From contig JAYSWN010000169.1 in NCBI GenBank assembly GCA_043718025.1, positions 1 to 50,934 of the forward strand: 50,934 nt of DNA, given 5' to 3'. A program made the translations under genes and the position numbers. The notes beneath the pieces were generated by a model, which saw only the letters and a program-made list of their open reading frames with translations, had not been told where the DNA came from and made no database searches. Positions 28,554 through 37,862 of the stretch are shown in pieces. Numbering within the stretch: position 1 is the first letter of the stretch; each line of letters begins with the position of its first letter. The DNA comes from Pseudomonadota bacterium (GTDB lineage: Bacteria > Bdellovibrionota > FAC87 > UBA2466).

Positions 28554-30107
28554 TCAACCGGCCTTTTTAAATGGATTGATGAGCCCCTTCTTCGGAGCGG
28601 TCACCGTACTCGTCCCCGGCTTGGGCGGAGTGGGAGGAGCCGCTGGTGGGACAGCGGACGCTTCCGACATTTGCTTGAGCTCATCATCGAGCGACAAAAC
28701 CATATCGGCATCGAGGCTCAACTCGCCACCTGAAGAATCTGCATCGACCGCAGCCGGAGGCGCGACCGGTGGAGGCATGGATTTTATTGCCCCGCCAGAA
28801 ATGCTTGACTTAATTCCCCCAGAAATCGGCGGCGGTTTTGGCATCGGTGGTTTGACTCCCGGCGCGGCCGGCGGCATCGCAGCGGCTGGCCGCGGTTGCG
28901 GAGGCGGCATGGCGGGTTTGGATTCTAAAGGCTTTGGCGTGAAGGCTCCGCCAGCGGCCGCGGCGGGCGGGGGATTTGCCGCAGAACGACCCATTGTCGG
29001 CGGCGGCGCCAATTTTGGGGGCGGAGGCGGAGGCGCCGCCGGTTTGGCCGGGCCATGCCCCTTGGCGTCCTTCTTTGGCTCTTCATCCATATAAGGTGCG
29101 GCCTCTTCTTCGGTGATGGTGCCCGAAGCGATGAGGTCTTTTAAATGCTGGGACATCAAGATCATGCCTTCGCGGCGACCGGTCTGAATAACCGACGGAA
29201 TTTGGAAAGTTTTACCTTCGCGAATTAAATTTGAGATGGCGTGGTTCGAAACCATGATTTCGTACGCGGCAGCGCGGCCTTTGCCGTCTTTTCGTTTGCA
29301 CAAGACCTGACTAATAACCCCCATCAAAGATTCGGCGAGCATAGCTCGCACCATGCCCTGCTGATTGGCAGGAAAGGAGTCAATGATACGATCAACAGAT
29401 GCAGCTGCGCCGCGAGTATGGAGGGTTCCGAAAACCAAGTGGCCCGTTTCTGCAGCGGTAAGCGCAAGGCCAATCGTTTCGAGGTCACGCATCTCACCGA
29501 CAAGAATGACGTCGGGATCTTCGCGAAGTGCATATTTCAGTGCATCGGCAAATGAATTACAGGTGCTGCCAATCTCGCGCTGGCTAATTAAACAGTTTTG
29601 GCTGGGGTGAATAAACTCGACCGGATCTTCGACGGTCAGAATGTGATACGGATAGGTCATGTTGATCTGATTCAACATTGCCGCAAGCGTAGTCGATTTT
29701 CCGGAGCCGGTTGGGCCGGTAACAATGACCAGGCCTTTGGCCAGAGCGGTCAACCCTTGAATGGCATCGGGAAGTCCTAGCTGCTGCATGGTTGGAATTT
29801 TCGAAGGAATCGAACGAATCACGCTAGCAATTCCACGCCGCGTGTAAAAAATATTGATACGAAAGTTGGCCAGCCCTTCAACGCCGTAGCTTTTATCGAG
29901 GGCTTTATGGGCATGCAATTTTTCGACTTCTGGCTCGGTTAGAATCTCGAGGAACATTTTCTCGACATCATCGTGACTGAGGGGGGCCTGATCCATCACC
30001 ACCAAGTCGCCGTCGATTCGAAAACGCACCGATTCGCCCGCCGAAAAATGAAAGTCGGAAGCTCGATTCGCCATTCCATGCCGTAAGTATTGATCAATAT
30101 GCGCCAT
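28554..30107 (-). CDS. pilT: Type IV pilus retraction ATPase PilT with long Pro/Ala-rich C-terminal tail
   Basis: ASDFH, RFRIDG, Walker A GPTGSGKSTT, TVEDPVE, QREIG, LREDPDVILVGEMRD, AETGHLVFGTLH, AISNLIRE. Confidence 0.92.
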   Translation of the reverse strand: MAHIDQYLRHGMANRASDFHFSAGESVRFRIDGDLVVMDQAPLSHDDVEKMFLEILTEPEVEKLHAHKALDKSYGVEGLANFRINIFYTRRGIASVIRSIPSKIPTMQQLGLPDAIQGLTALAKGLVIVTGPTGSGKSTTLAAMLNQINMTYPYHILTVEDPVEFIHPSQNCLISQREIGSTCNSFADALKYALREDPDVILVGEMRDLETIGLALTAAETGHLVFGTLHTRGAAASVDRIIDSFPANQQGMVRAMLAESLMGVISQVLCKRKDGKGRAAAYEIMVSNHAISNLIREGKTFQIPSVIQTGRREGMILMSQHLKDLIASGTITEEEAAPYMDEEPKKDAKGHGPAKPAAPPPPPPKLAPPPTMGRSAANPPPAAAAGGAFTPKPLESKPAMPPPQPRPAAAMPPAAPGVKPPMPKPPPISGGIKSSISGGAIKSMPPPVAPPAAVDADSSGGELSLDADMVLSLDDELKQMSEASAVPPAAPPTPPKPGTSTVTAPKKGLINPFKKAG

Positions 30108-30134
30108 TAGTGCCTGCCTTCAATTCAGGTTTCT

Positions 30135-30170
30135 TTTTCCTCTTTTCGGACGAAAATAGGAAAAGGTTTA
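30135..30170 (-). promoter_or_regulatory. Sigma28-like promoter of pilT overlapped by a 14-bp inverted repeat
   Basis: Minus strand TAAA-N16-TCCGAAAA (30170-30143). Arms TTTTCCTCTTTTCG (30135-30148) and CGAAAATAGGAAAA (30151-30164), one mismatch. Confidence 0.45.
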
Positions 30171-30198
30171 GATCTTGGCGCCAGCGTAGAAAATACCC

Positions 30199-32055
30199 AT
30201 GATTACCAACGCGTATCTTTACAAAGCCCCCCGCGAAATCGAAGGGCTGTACGACAGTTTTTTGGGCGGAATTTTTCTGTTGTGGGGGCTTCCCGTCGCG
30301 CTGCAGCTAACCGTGTTCTTAGCCTTTCTCGGGGCCGTGGCGGCCTGCGTAAAAAGTTTTTCCGACCCACGCCCGCTCTGGCCTCGACTCACACAAGCCT
30401 CGGCAACTGCCGGCTACCTCTGCTCGACGCTGCTTACTTTTCAGCCGTGGGATGAGCTTTTCACCAACCTTCGACACGCCGAAAACTTGGCGACTCACCA
30501 TTTTTTCTCTTACAACCGCAGCCAAGCCATTGAAGGTTCGGTAGATTTTCTTTTCTACGCTTTGGTCGGGTTAGGCCGCAGTCTGGGCATTCCTTCGGTT
30601 GAAGGTGCATTTATTCTTAGCGTGATTGGCGGGCTTTTGGTCATTGCCGCCTTTCGCCAGGCGTTGCGTGACATGCAACGGTCCAGCCTAATTCCGGTAA
30701 TGACTATTGCGCTCTCCTTTTTCGCTCCCCTACTCTTTAATGCGTCGAGCGGCTTTTCGGCATCCTTCTACGCGGCCGCCATTTTGTGGAGTTTAGTACT
30801 CGCACAGAGGGGACGCCCGAGTCCGCCCTTCTTTTTTCTACTGGCGGTGGTTCCTCTCATTCGTTTCGAGGGAATTTATTGGACGTTCTTGGCGACAGCG
30901 TACTTTTGTTACTATTTTGAAAAACGAATCCGGCCACGTTTTGTCTTGGGATTGCTACTCGCATTAACTCCTTTTATTTTGCTCTCCCTATGGCGGCTGC
31001 GCACTTTTGGCACGATGATTCCTAACCCGGCGCTCTACAAATCCACCTTGTGGAGCCCTTTCTTCTGGGGGATTGGCTTTACCAGTTTGGTTTCTGATCT
31101 GGTCAGCACGATGACGGTGGCGTCACTTTTTTCTGTAGCTCTCTTCCATCGCCACAAAAACAAGGAGATGCGCTCCTGGTTAGCGGCGCTGGGAGTTCTT
31201 GGAATTTTTGTTTTGCCTTATTACTTAACTGGCGGCGATTGGTTCCCCAGCTACTGGGGCAGGTTTTTGCTACCTTTTACGATGGTGAGCTTTTTTCTAG
31301 CGGTACTGCTTGCCTGCGAAGAGATCACCCTGGCCAGGGGCAAATGGCTTTTGCTCTTTTTGGCCCTCGTTGCCTTTGCCTTTCCAGTCTATTGGCCGCT
31401 CTACTCCCTATCTAAATGGAATGAGATGAACTTTGGTCTGCGTTGGATTTTAGCCAACCCACGCGACCCTTCTATCGGCAAATGGCACGCCCGAGTTCAC
31501 TACCTTTCACAGTTAGGCCGCCATCTTAAAGCTACCACCGTGGAAACCGATGTCGTGGCCTCCTCAGAGCTCTCCACGGTAATGTACTACGCCGATCGCG
31601 AGGCGCTCGATATGCTTGGAGTGGCCAACCCAGAAATTGCGCATCAGCCCCTGAGAACGCCGCCAAGCCTGTGGCGAAAGCTGAACGGGCGGGCCGAACT
31701 ACCCTACCGAATATTTCGCCGTACGCAGCCGGGGCTAATTGAGAAGTACCGACCGACTATCCTCTTTACCTTTGATTTCGTGATCAAAGACATCATGCCA
31801 GATTTAATGTTTGAAGAGCTGAATGAAAAGACGCTAAGTCAGGCGGTTCGTCGATGGGAAAGGCGAGTGGGGGGATTGGTAGATCCACTTTACGGCGGGT
31901 TCGATAAGATTCTGGCCCTCGGCTATTCGCCGATAGTCATTGTTTACCCTAATAAATTCTGCAGTCTCTACTTTGTACATGAACGGGGGCTAGATCGTCA
32001 TTTAGCCCGGATGAAAAACTTGGGCATGTCAGGAAAACTTTTCCGATTAGAGTGA
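30199..32055 (+). CDS. Polytopic membrane protein, GT-C glycosyltransferase-like (arabinofuranosyltransferase-like)
   Basis: More than 10 TM segments; WDELFTNLRHAENL, IEGS, IRFEG, PNPALYK, GGDWFP...GRF, DMLGVANPEIA resemble GT-C transferases that use lipid-linked sugars (inferred). Confidence 0.6.
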   Translation: MITNAYLYKAPREIEGLYDSFLGGIFLLWGLPVALQLTVFLAFLGAVAACVKSFSDPRPLWPRLTQASATAGYLCSTLLTFQPWDELFTNLRHAENLATHHFFSYNRSQAIEGSVDFLFYALVGLGRSLGIPSVEGAFILSVIGGLLVIAAFRQALRDMQRSSLIPVMTIALSFFAPLLFNASSGFSASFYAAAILWSLVLAQRGRPSPPFFFLLAVVPLIRFEGIYWTFLATAYFCYYFEKRIRPRFVLGLLLALTPFILLSLWRLRTFGTMIPNPALYKSTLWSPFFWGIGFTSLVSDLVSTMTVASLFSVALFHRHKNKEMRSWLAALGVLGIFVLPYYLTGGDWFPSYWGRFLLPFTMVSFFLAVLLACEEITLARGKWLLLFLALVAFAFPVYWPLYSLSKWNEMNFGLRWILANPRDPSIGKWHARVHYLSQLGRHLKATTVETDVVASSELSTVMYYADREALDMLGVANPEIAHQPLRTPPSLWRKLNGRAELPYRIFRRTQPGLIEKYRPTILFTFDFVIKDIMPDLMFEELNEKTLSQAVRRWERRVGGLVDPLYGGFDKILALGYSPIVIVYPNKFCSLYFVHERGLDRHLARMKNLGMSGKLFRLE

Positions 32056-32997
32056 CATCCATAACAACACCGCCAACGCGGCAGCCGTAGCTAAACTATG
32101 TCTATCGCGCAAGGCGAATACCACCGGGTCGGTATTCACCAAGCCCCGCTGGGCGCGAAACCAAAGGTGGCTCACCCAGTAGGTTAACAACGGGGAGACG
32201 CCCCACAGCCAATTGGGATGAGTATAAAGTTTGATCACGTCGGGACTATTTAGGTATAGGCAAAAAATTAAGATCGACAAAAAACCCGAGGTCACACCCA
32301 TCACCTGCAAAATCCATCGGTCGCCTAAAACATATCCTGCCCGGTTGGTGAGTTTACTCTTTTCGCGCGACCAACGTTCCAACTCAACAAAGCGTTTGGA
32401 AAATGCTAATCCTAAGAAAAAGAAAAAGGAAAACGCCATAAACCAAGGCGATAGCCTTACGTCCGCCGCCGCACCACCCGCCATTAACCGAATCACGTAA
32501 AAGCTAGTGAGCAGTAGCACATCGACAATCGGTTCTTTGTTCAAAAACAAAGAGTAGATCAACGTCAGAAATGAGTAACCCAACAGAAAGAGAGTGAAGT
32601 TGGTAGGAAGAAACTTTAGAGAAAGTACGAACGATAGCGCTAAACATAGCGGAATCGCTAAATAGCCAAACCAGACCGGCACCTTTCCCGATGCAAAGGG
32701 ACGGCTTTTCTTCTCGGGATGGCGTCGATCACGTTCAAGATCGATGAGGTCATTGAAGAGATAGACCGAAGAAGCACAAAATGAAAAAGAGAAAAAAGCG
32801 TAAAGGCAAACCTTCATTGTCGCCATTTCGAAGATTTGATGTCCCAGTAAAGCGGGAAGTAGCAGCAATACATTCTTCGACCACTGGTGAGGCCGAAGCG
32901 TCTTAAGCGCAAGTCCGGGGGCGATGGCTAGGTCGTGAGCTTCCTGATGAGTTCCCCCTTCAGATTGAGTTTTTCGAAGCGGATGTGGCCGGCCCAT
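32047..32997 (-). CDS. UbiA-family polyprenyl-phosphate phosphoribosyltransferase (DPPR-synthase type)
   Basis: LRPHQWSKN, SSVYLFNDLIDLERDRRHPEKKSRPFASG, IVDV, LAFSKRFVEL, DPVVFALRD. ATG 32997 has a GGGAG RBS. Confidence 0.85.
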   Translation of the reverse strand: MGRPHPLRKTQSEGGTHQEAHDLAIAPGLALKTLRPHQWSKNVLLLLPALLGHQIFEMATMKVCLYAFFSFSFCASSVYLFNDLIDLERDRRHPEKKSRPFASGKVPVWFGYLAIPLCLALSFVLSLKFLPTNFTLFLLGYSFLTLIYSLFLNKEPIVDVLLLTSFYVIRLMAGGAAADVRLSPWFMAFSFFFFLGLAFSKRFVELERWSREKSKLTNRAGYVLGDRWILQVMGVTSGFLSILIFCLYLNSPDVIKLYTHPNWLWGVSPLLTYWVSHLWFRAQRGLVNTDPVVFALRDRHSLATAAALAVLLWMSL

Positions 32998-33015
32998 GGT
33001 GTCTCCCAAAAATGA

Positions 33016-34437
33016 CTAGAAAGAGTAATCGTCGCGTCGCGCCAGCCTCAGCAGAAAAGGGCGCGCCAAGACAAAGCAGGCCGTCAAAATTACCGTGCTG
33101 TTGATAATAGATCCTAAGTCCGCCCCCAGTCCAATTAAGGGGCCCATTATCGCGACGTAAGGGAAATAGAACTTATCTCTCAGCAAGCTCATCGAAAGCC
33201 GCTCCAATAAAACCAAGAAAATGCCCATGAAGCCGGCAATCAAATACATCCATGCGAACCCAAAATTCATATACGCCTCGGCAAGAAAACCGACGCCCAC
33301 CGATGTTTGCACGTCATCCTCAGACAAAATGTGGTAAGCCCTACCAAATTTATTCCAAAAATGGCGGCCCGGCTTATCTGCCCAAAGAAACCGGGGAATG
33401 AACATGTAGGGAATGCTCTGGTAAGTTTCGCCCTCCCAAAAGGGAACTATACTTGGAGTCATCGCCAGAACGCGCTCAAGGGAGTCATCGCCCACGCGAG
33501 AGAACCCACGCATTAGTGCAGATTCCGACTCTTCGTCCTTACGAACCGCATCACTTTCTTCCTTCGCTTCGCCATTGAAATATTGGTTTTCCAATAAAGT
33601 CCAAAGAACCGAGGCGCGGTCCAAAAGCGAAGTTTCGTAGCCGCTAGCACTAAGGTAGAGCCGAAAATCGTTCTTTACCGATTGAATCGCCGAAAGCAGA
33701 AGTGTTAGGCACAAAATTGGCAGAAGATAACTGCGCTTGTTGGTCATAAAGGAATAAAAGAGCAAAAAACTAACGTAACTCCCAAACATAGACAAAAAAC
33801 CGAACAAAAGAAAAGACACAAATGCCAATGTGGGAATGGCGATACGGCCCATTAGAAGCAGCTTTTCATTCCCCGGTGATTGAGCACAGATGATCATCAG
33901 CATCTGGGCCGAAGACATAGCAAAGTGAATGATCCTCAACTGGTAAGGAAGAATTTCGCTTAGGAAAGGAATCAATACAATGTAAAGCAGGATAATTCTA
34001 AGCTGTGTTTCGGAAAGGGTAAGGTCATTAAAGGGACGGCGGCGCAGGGTTTGAGGAATCACCACGAAGCGCGCCAAATAATAGGTCGCGGCCAGAATGG
34101 CTGTGCAGATCGCAAGTTCTTGAGTAGCAATTATCCAGGACTTGGAAAGCGCAAAGGATTTGCTCAAATTCTGATCCTGGTTAAATTTTGCTAGAGAAAA
34201 GCCCATGAAATGGCTCAAAAGGATAAAGTTAAGATAGTTTTGAGACTTCAAAATGACGCCAAGAATAAATGGTAGCAGCTGGATGGCGCTTAACATCCAT
34301 AGCCACGAGTAACCTGTCTTATCGGTTTGGGCGGCAACGTAGAACCGCAGTGCGAGGGCAACTGTTAAAATTGTTATTAATAAAGCAATCAGGTTAGAAG
34401 TAACGCTCTCGTTGCCCTTTTGTGCGGTGATTTCCAT
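33016..34437 (-). CDS. Wzy/O-antigen polymerase-like polytopic membrane protein
   Basis: About 11 TM segments with a large periplasmic loop, FIPRFLWADKP and FLAEAYMNFG motifs. Confidence 0.65.
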   Translation of the reverse strand: MEITAQKGNESVTSNLIALLITILTVALALRFYVAAQTDKTGYSWLWMLSAIQLLPFILGVILKSQNYLNFILLSHFMGFSLAKFNQDQNLSKSFALSKSWIIATQELAICTAILAATYYLARFVVIPQTLRRRPFNDLTLSETQLRIILLYIVLIPFLSEILPYQLRIIHFAMSSAQMLMIICAQSPGNEKLLLMGRIAIPTLAFVSFLLFGFLSMFGSYVSFLLFYSFMTNKRSYLLPILCLTLLLSAIQSVKNDFRLYLSASGYETSLLDRASVLWTLLENQYFNGEAKEESDAVRKDEESESALMRGFSRVGDDSLERVLAMTPSIVPFWEGETYQSIPYMFIPRFLWADKPGRHFWNKFGRAYHILSEDDVQTSVGVGFLAEAYMNFGFAWMYLIAGFMGIFLVLLERLSMSLLRDKFYFPYVAIMGPLIGLGADLGSIINSTVILTACFVLARPFLLRLARRDDYSF

Positions 34438-34482
34438 GTTACGGAATTTACAGAATTAGCCGATATGGTGGAGACGACCACC

Positions 34483-35985
34483 ATGGCCATCTACTTAATC
34501 GCATTTTGCTTTTTGTACCTAGGCGCGCTCTTCCCGTTCGCCTATTTCCGCCACGATGACTGGCTCATCGCGTTAAACGGTGCCATGTTAAATACAGATT
34601 GGAGTAAGTTATTTAGCTCCACCTTAACGCACGGCAATATAGAGCGTGTTTGGTTTTTTAGGCCACTCGTTAAGTTTAACGGATTTCTGTTCTGGAATCT
34701 GTTCGGAGAATTCTATTTTCTTTGGCTAGTGGGAACCCTGCTATTTACGGTTGCAGCCCTGGTACTGGCTTACGACAGTTTCAAAATTTTCCATTCGACG
34801 GAAAAGAAGGGGATGACCTTCTTGGCGCTGTTCGTGTGTGCGCCGTTAATTCACTTTGGCAGCCTAACCTGGATCGGCGAAGGGTTGATGAACTGTCCTC
34901 AACTCTTTTTTCTTACCCTCAATGGGTGGGCGTTTCTCAAAGCCATGGCCTGCCGAAAAGGAATACTTAAGGCCGAGCACGAAAAAAGATACACGATTCT
35001 CAGCATTCTCGCGTTCTTTTTGGCTTTGGGCTTCAAAGAGTCGAGCGTTTTTCATCTCGTGCTGCTAATGGCCTTTCTATATGACCGTCGGCTAACTCGG
35101 TTTCCCCTCAGGGAGAAAATATTTCTAATTTTACCGTACGCATTACTTTCAGCCGTTTATCTTGCGATTCGTTTATTTATTTTTCCGATTAACAGCGACT
35201 ACGTAATGCGGCTTTCGGTATTCCACATGGGTGGACCCATTCTTTATTTTATCGGCATTTTGGGGATACCCGCTTTTCTGCTTTTGGTTACCGGCGGTTT
35301 CGACAGCGAAGTAAATAAAAGCCCACTACGTACCTTTCTAATGGACGACGCGGGGTATTTTGTCTTTTTCGCGGTCTCGCTAGCGCCCTACCTCAGCCAA
35401 CCTTTTTTCTCGGTCGGGTGGCCTCTCATTCCGGGGTTCTTTTTTGTTTACTACTTAGCGGCCAGAAGCCGCCCGTTATTGGTGGACAAAAGATATCGTA
35501 TGGCTGCAATACTTTTTGTGATCCAAGCCATACCCACGGCGGGATATTTATCGTACCTACACTGGTGGGATTGGAAAGCACCCCAGCAATTTTTAATGGA
35601 AGTGATCGATGCTTCACTAAACTTGCCAATCACCTACTTAAAGATCGCGCATTGCAACGAGCCTCGATACACCCATCTACCTTTTGAGCGAGTGATTACC
35701 CACGAAGCCGGATTAATAAGCATGCGGGTACTAAAGGGAGGAAAGCCTCTAACCGTCTGGAACGTAAATTGCGAAGACGCCGAAAAAGAAATTTCCCAAA
35801 ACGAAATTATGCTTCGCTGGAAATTTCCGAGCTTAGAATTAGTTAAGATTCCTTCTCAGGCTCAATCTCAATTAAAAGAGCTCCTGACTCAACGGCCTGC
35901 CCTTCCTTCACCGCGACTTGAAGAACGCGGCCCGCGCCCACTGAACGGATCTCGTTTTCCATCTTCATCGCCTCCATCACCATAA
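34483..35985 (+). CDS. Polytopic membrane protein, GT-C glycosyltransferase-like
   Basis: N-terminal TM followed by RHDDW, FFRPL and FKES; about 11 TM segments and a soluble C-domain. ATG 34483 has a GGAG RBS. Confidence 0.6.
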   Translation: MAIYLIAFCFLYLGALFPFAYFRHDDWLIALNGAMLNTDWSKLFSSTLTHGNIERVWFFRPLVKFNGFLFWNLFGEFYFLWLVGTLLFTVAALVLAYDSFKIFHSTEKKGMTFLALFVCAPLIHFGSLTWIGEGLMNCPQLFFLTLNGWAFLKAMACRKGILKAEHEKRYTILSILAFFLALGFKESSVFHLVLLMAFLYDRRLTRFPLREKIFLILPYALLSAVYLAIRLFIFPINSDYVMRLSVFHMGGPILYFIGILGIPAFLLLVTGGFDSEVNKSPLRTFLMDDAGYFVFFAVSLAPYLSQPFFSVGWPLIPGFFFVYYLAARSRPLLVDKRYRMAAILFVIQAIPTAGYLSYLHWWDWKAPQQFLMEVIDASLNLPITYLKIAHCNEPRYTHLPFERVITHEAGLISMRVLKGGKPLTVWNVNCEDAEKEISQNEIMLRWKFPSLELVKIPSQAQSQLKELLTQRPALPSPRLEERGPRPLNGSRFPSSSPPSP

Positions 35986-36355
35986 GCGGCGCCCCCGTTT
36001 CAATGAGGTCGCCCACCTTTACGTGAATTTTAGCGATCTTACCCGGCATTTTTGCGGTGACCAGATTCTCATTGGCCATCTGCTGGCCACGTAGAGCGCT
36101 AACAATGCGGCGGTATTCGCTCTCTACCCTCAAGCTTACATTCCCGTCCGGAATCCAGGCGGTGAAATCCTGCTTATTGCCCACAATATTCGCGGCAAAA
36201 ACTTCATGCGGATCTAAAAATGAGCAATCATGCCCATAAAAGTTCAAATCGACGCATGTTTCGGGCTCATCGCCAAACGTAACGTAGTATTCACCGCGTC
36301 GAGATTCGACTCGGACGCGATACTCTTTCCCTTGATGCTCTACAAAGAACAACAT
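35843..36355 (-). CDS. Biotin carboxyl carrier subunit of an acyl-CoA carboxylase
   Basis: AKMPGKI and MEAMKMENEI biotinylation motif; TAATG overlap with the upstream stop. Confidence 0.92.
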   Translation of the reverse strand: MLFFVEHQGKEYRVRVESRRGEYYVTFGDEPETCVDLNFYGHDCSFLDPHEVFAANIVGNKQDFTAWIPDGNVSLRVESEYRRIVSALRGQQMANENLVTAKMPGKIAKIHVKVGDLIETGAPLMVMEAMKMENEIRSVGAGRVLQVAVKEGQAVESGALLIEIEPEKES

Positions 36356-37845
36356 TACCGAAGCCCCTCCAAGCGCCCTTTCGCTTTCCAAGCCGACGGC
36401 CCGTCAATACCGATTGGGCCTTTGTATTCTCTCTGGTAAGCAGAAACCGCGGCGGCAATCACGGCGCGGTTCATTGACTTGGTGTCCGGCAATTTTTCTT
36501 TGTAATTAAAATCCTCACCAATCAATCGCGTGGTGTAATTGCCGGAAACAAACTTTGGATTGTCCAGAATCTGCAGATGAAGGGGCAAATTGGTCTTTAC
36601 CCCGGTGATCATGGTGTCGCGTAACGCCGCTTTGGAACGGTTAATCGCTTCGGTTCGAGTAAGCCCCCAGCAACTAATTTTAGCGACCATCGAGTCGTAG
36701 AAAACCGGGATTTCATAACCGCGGTACAAATGAGAGTCCACCCGAACGCCAATCCCTTGCGGCAACTGCACGGTGTGCACCATGCCAGCCTGAGGCAAAA
36801 ACTTTTCGGGATCTTCGGCATTCAAACGAAATTCTAATGCGGCCCCTCTGATTTTTATGTCTTCCTGCTTAAAACTAAGTTTCTCACCAAGTGCCACGCG
36901 AATCTGTTCTTTTACGAGATCAATTCCCGTCACCCACTCCGTTACCGGATGTTCCACCTGAAGGCGGGTGTTCATTTCCATGAAGTAAAAAGTCTGTTTG
37001 TCGTCCATCAAAAATTCGATGGTACCGGCATTCACATACCCGATCTCTTTCGTGGCCTTCACCGCCGCTTCGCAAATTTTAGCGCGCGTTTCCGGGGTGA
37101 CGAACGGACTGGGACACTCTTCAATTACTTTTTGATGGCGGCGCTGCACTGAACATTCGCGTTCGAGCAAATGGCAAACGTTGCCATGTTTATCGGCAAT
37201 CACTTGTACTTCGATGTGATGTGGCGATTGAACATAACGCTCAAGATACAGCCGGCCATCACCAAATGCTTTTGAAGCTTCGGAGTAAGCTCGGCTAAAC
37301 AAGTTGAGAAATTCACTTTCCTCCATCACCAAACGCATGCCGCGTCCGCCGCCGCCGGCGAGCGCTTTTATCATTAAAGGAAAGCCAATCTCTTTGGCTT
37401 TAACGAAAGCAACGTTTGCATCGGTGTGACCATCGGCGGTGCCGGGAACCAATGGCAAGCCACCCACGGCTGACATGGTTTTGCGAGCCATCACTTTGTC
37501 ACCCATCTTGCTGATCACGTCGGCCGAGGGGCCAATAAAAAGCATTCCCGCCTCTTCAACGGCACGCGCAAAATCAGCTTTCTCCGACAAAAAACCGTAT
37601 CCGGGATGAACTAGGTCAGCTTTCAGCACCTTGGCGGCACGCATGACTGAATTAATATCCAAATAGCTGTTCAACGAGGGGCCATCACCAACGCAGTAGG
37701 CCGCATCGGCCCGGGTCACGTGCAGCGAGCGACGATCAGCTTTGGAATATATGGCCAAAGGGATATGCCCCATTTCGCGACAAGCGCGAATCACCCGAAG
37801 GGCAATTTCACCACGGTTAGCGATCAGAATTCTTTTTGGCTTCAC
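36355..37845 (-). CDS. accC: Biotin carboxylase subunit (acetyl/propionyl-CoA carboxylase alpha)
   Basis: ILIANRGEIALRVIR, HPGYGFLSE, GGGGRGMR, RECSVQRRHQK, EMNTRLQVEHPVTE, NAEDP, YDSMVAK. Confidence 0.92.
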   Translation of the reverse strand: MKPKRILIANRGEIALRVIRACREMGHIPLAIYSKADRRSLHVTRADAAYCVGDGPSLNSYLDINSVMRAAKVLKADLVHPGYGFLSEKADFARAVEEAGMLFIGPSADVISKMGDKVMARKTMSAVGGLPLVPGTADGHTDANVAFVKAKEIGFPLMIKALAGGGGRGMRLVMEESEFLNLFSRAYSEASKAFGDGRLYLERYVQSPHHIEVQVIADKHGNVCHLLERECSVQRRHQKVIEECPSPFVTPETRAKICEAAVKATKEIGYVNAGTIEFLMDDKQTFYFMEMNTRLQVEHPVTEWVTGIDLVKEQIRVALGEKLSFKQEDIKIRGAALEFRLNAEDPEKFLPQAGMVHTVQLPQGIGVRVDSHLYRGYEIPVFYDSMVAKISCWGLTRTEAINRSKAALRDTMITGVKTNLPLHLQILDNPKFVSGNYTTRLIGEDFNYKEKLPDTKSMNRAVIAAAVSAYQREYKGPIGIDGPSAWKAKGRLEGLR

Positions 37846-37862
37846 GTGTTCTCCGCCCTTTT

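Noticed and set aside
28576..29094. 172-aa Gly/Ala-rich ORF on the plus strand
   Set aside because: It is the antisense shadow of the Pro/Ala codons of the PilT tail and has no independent support.
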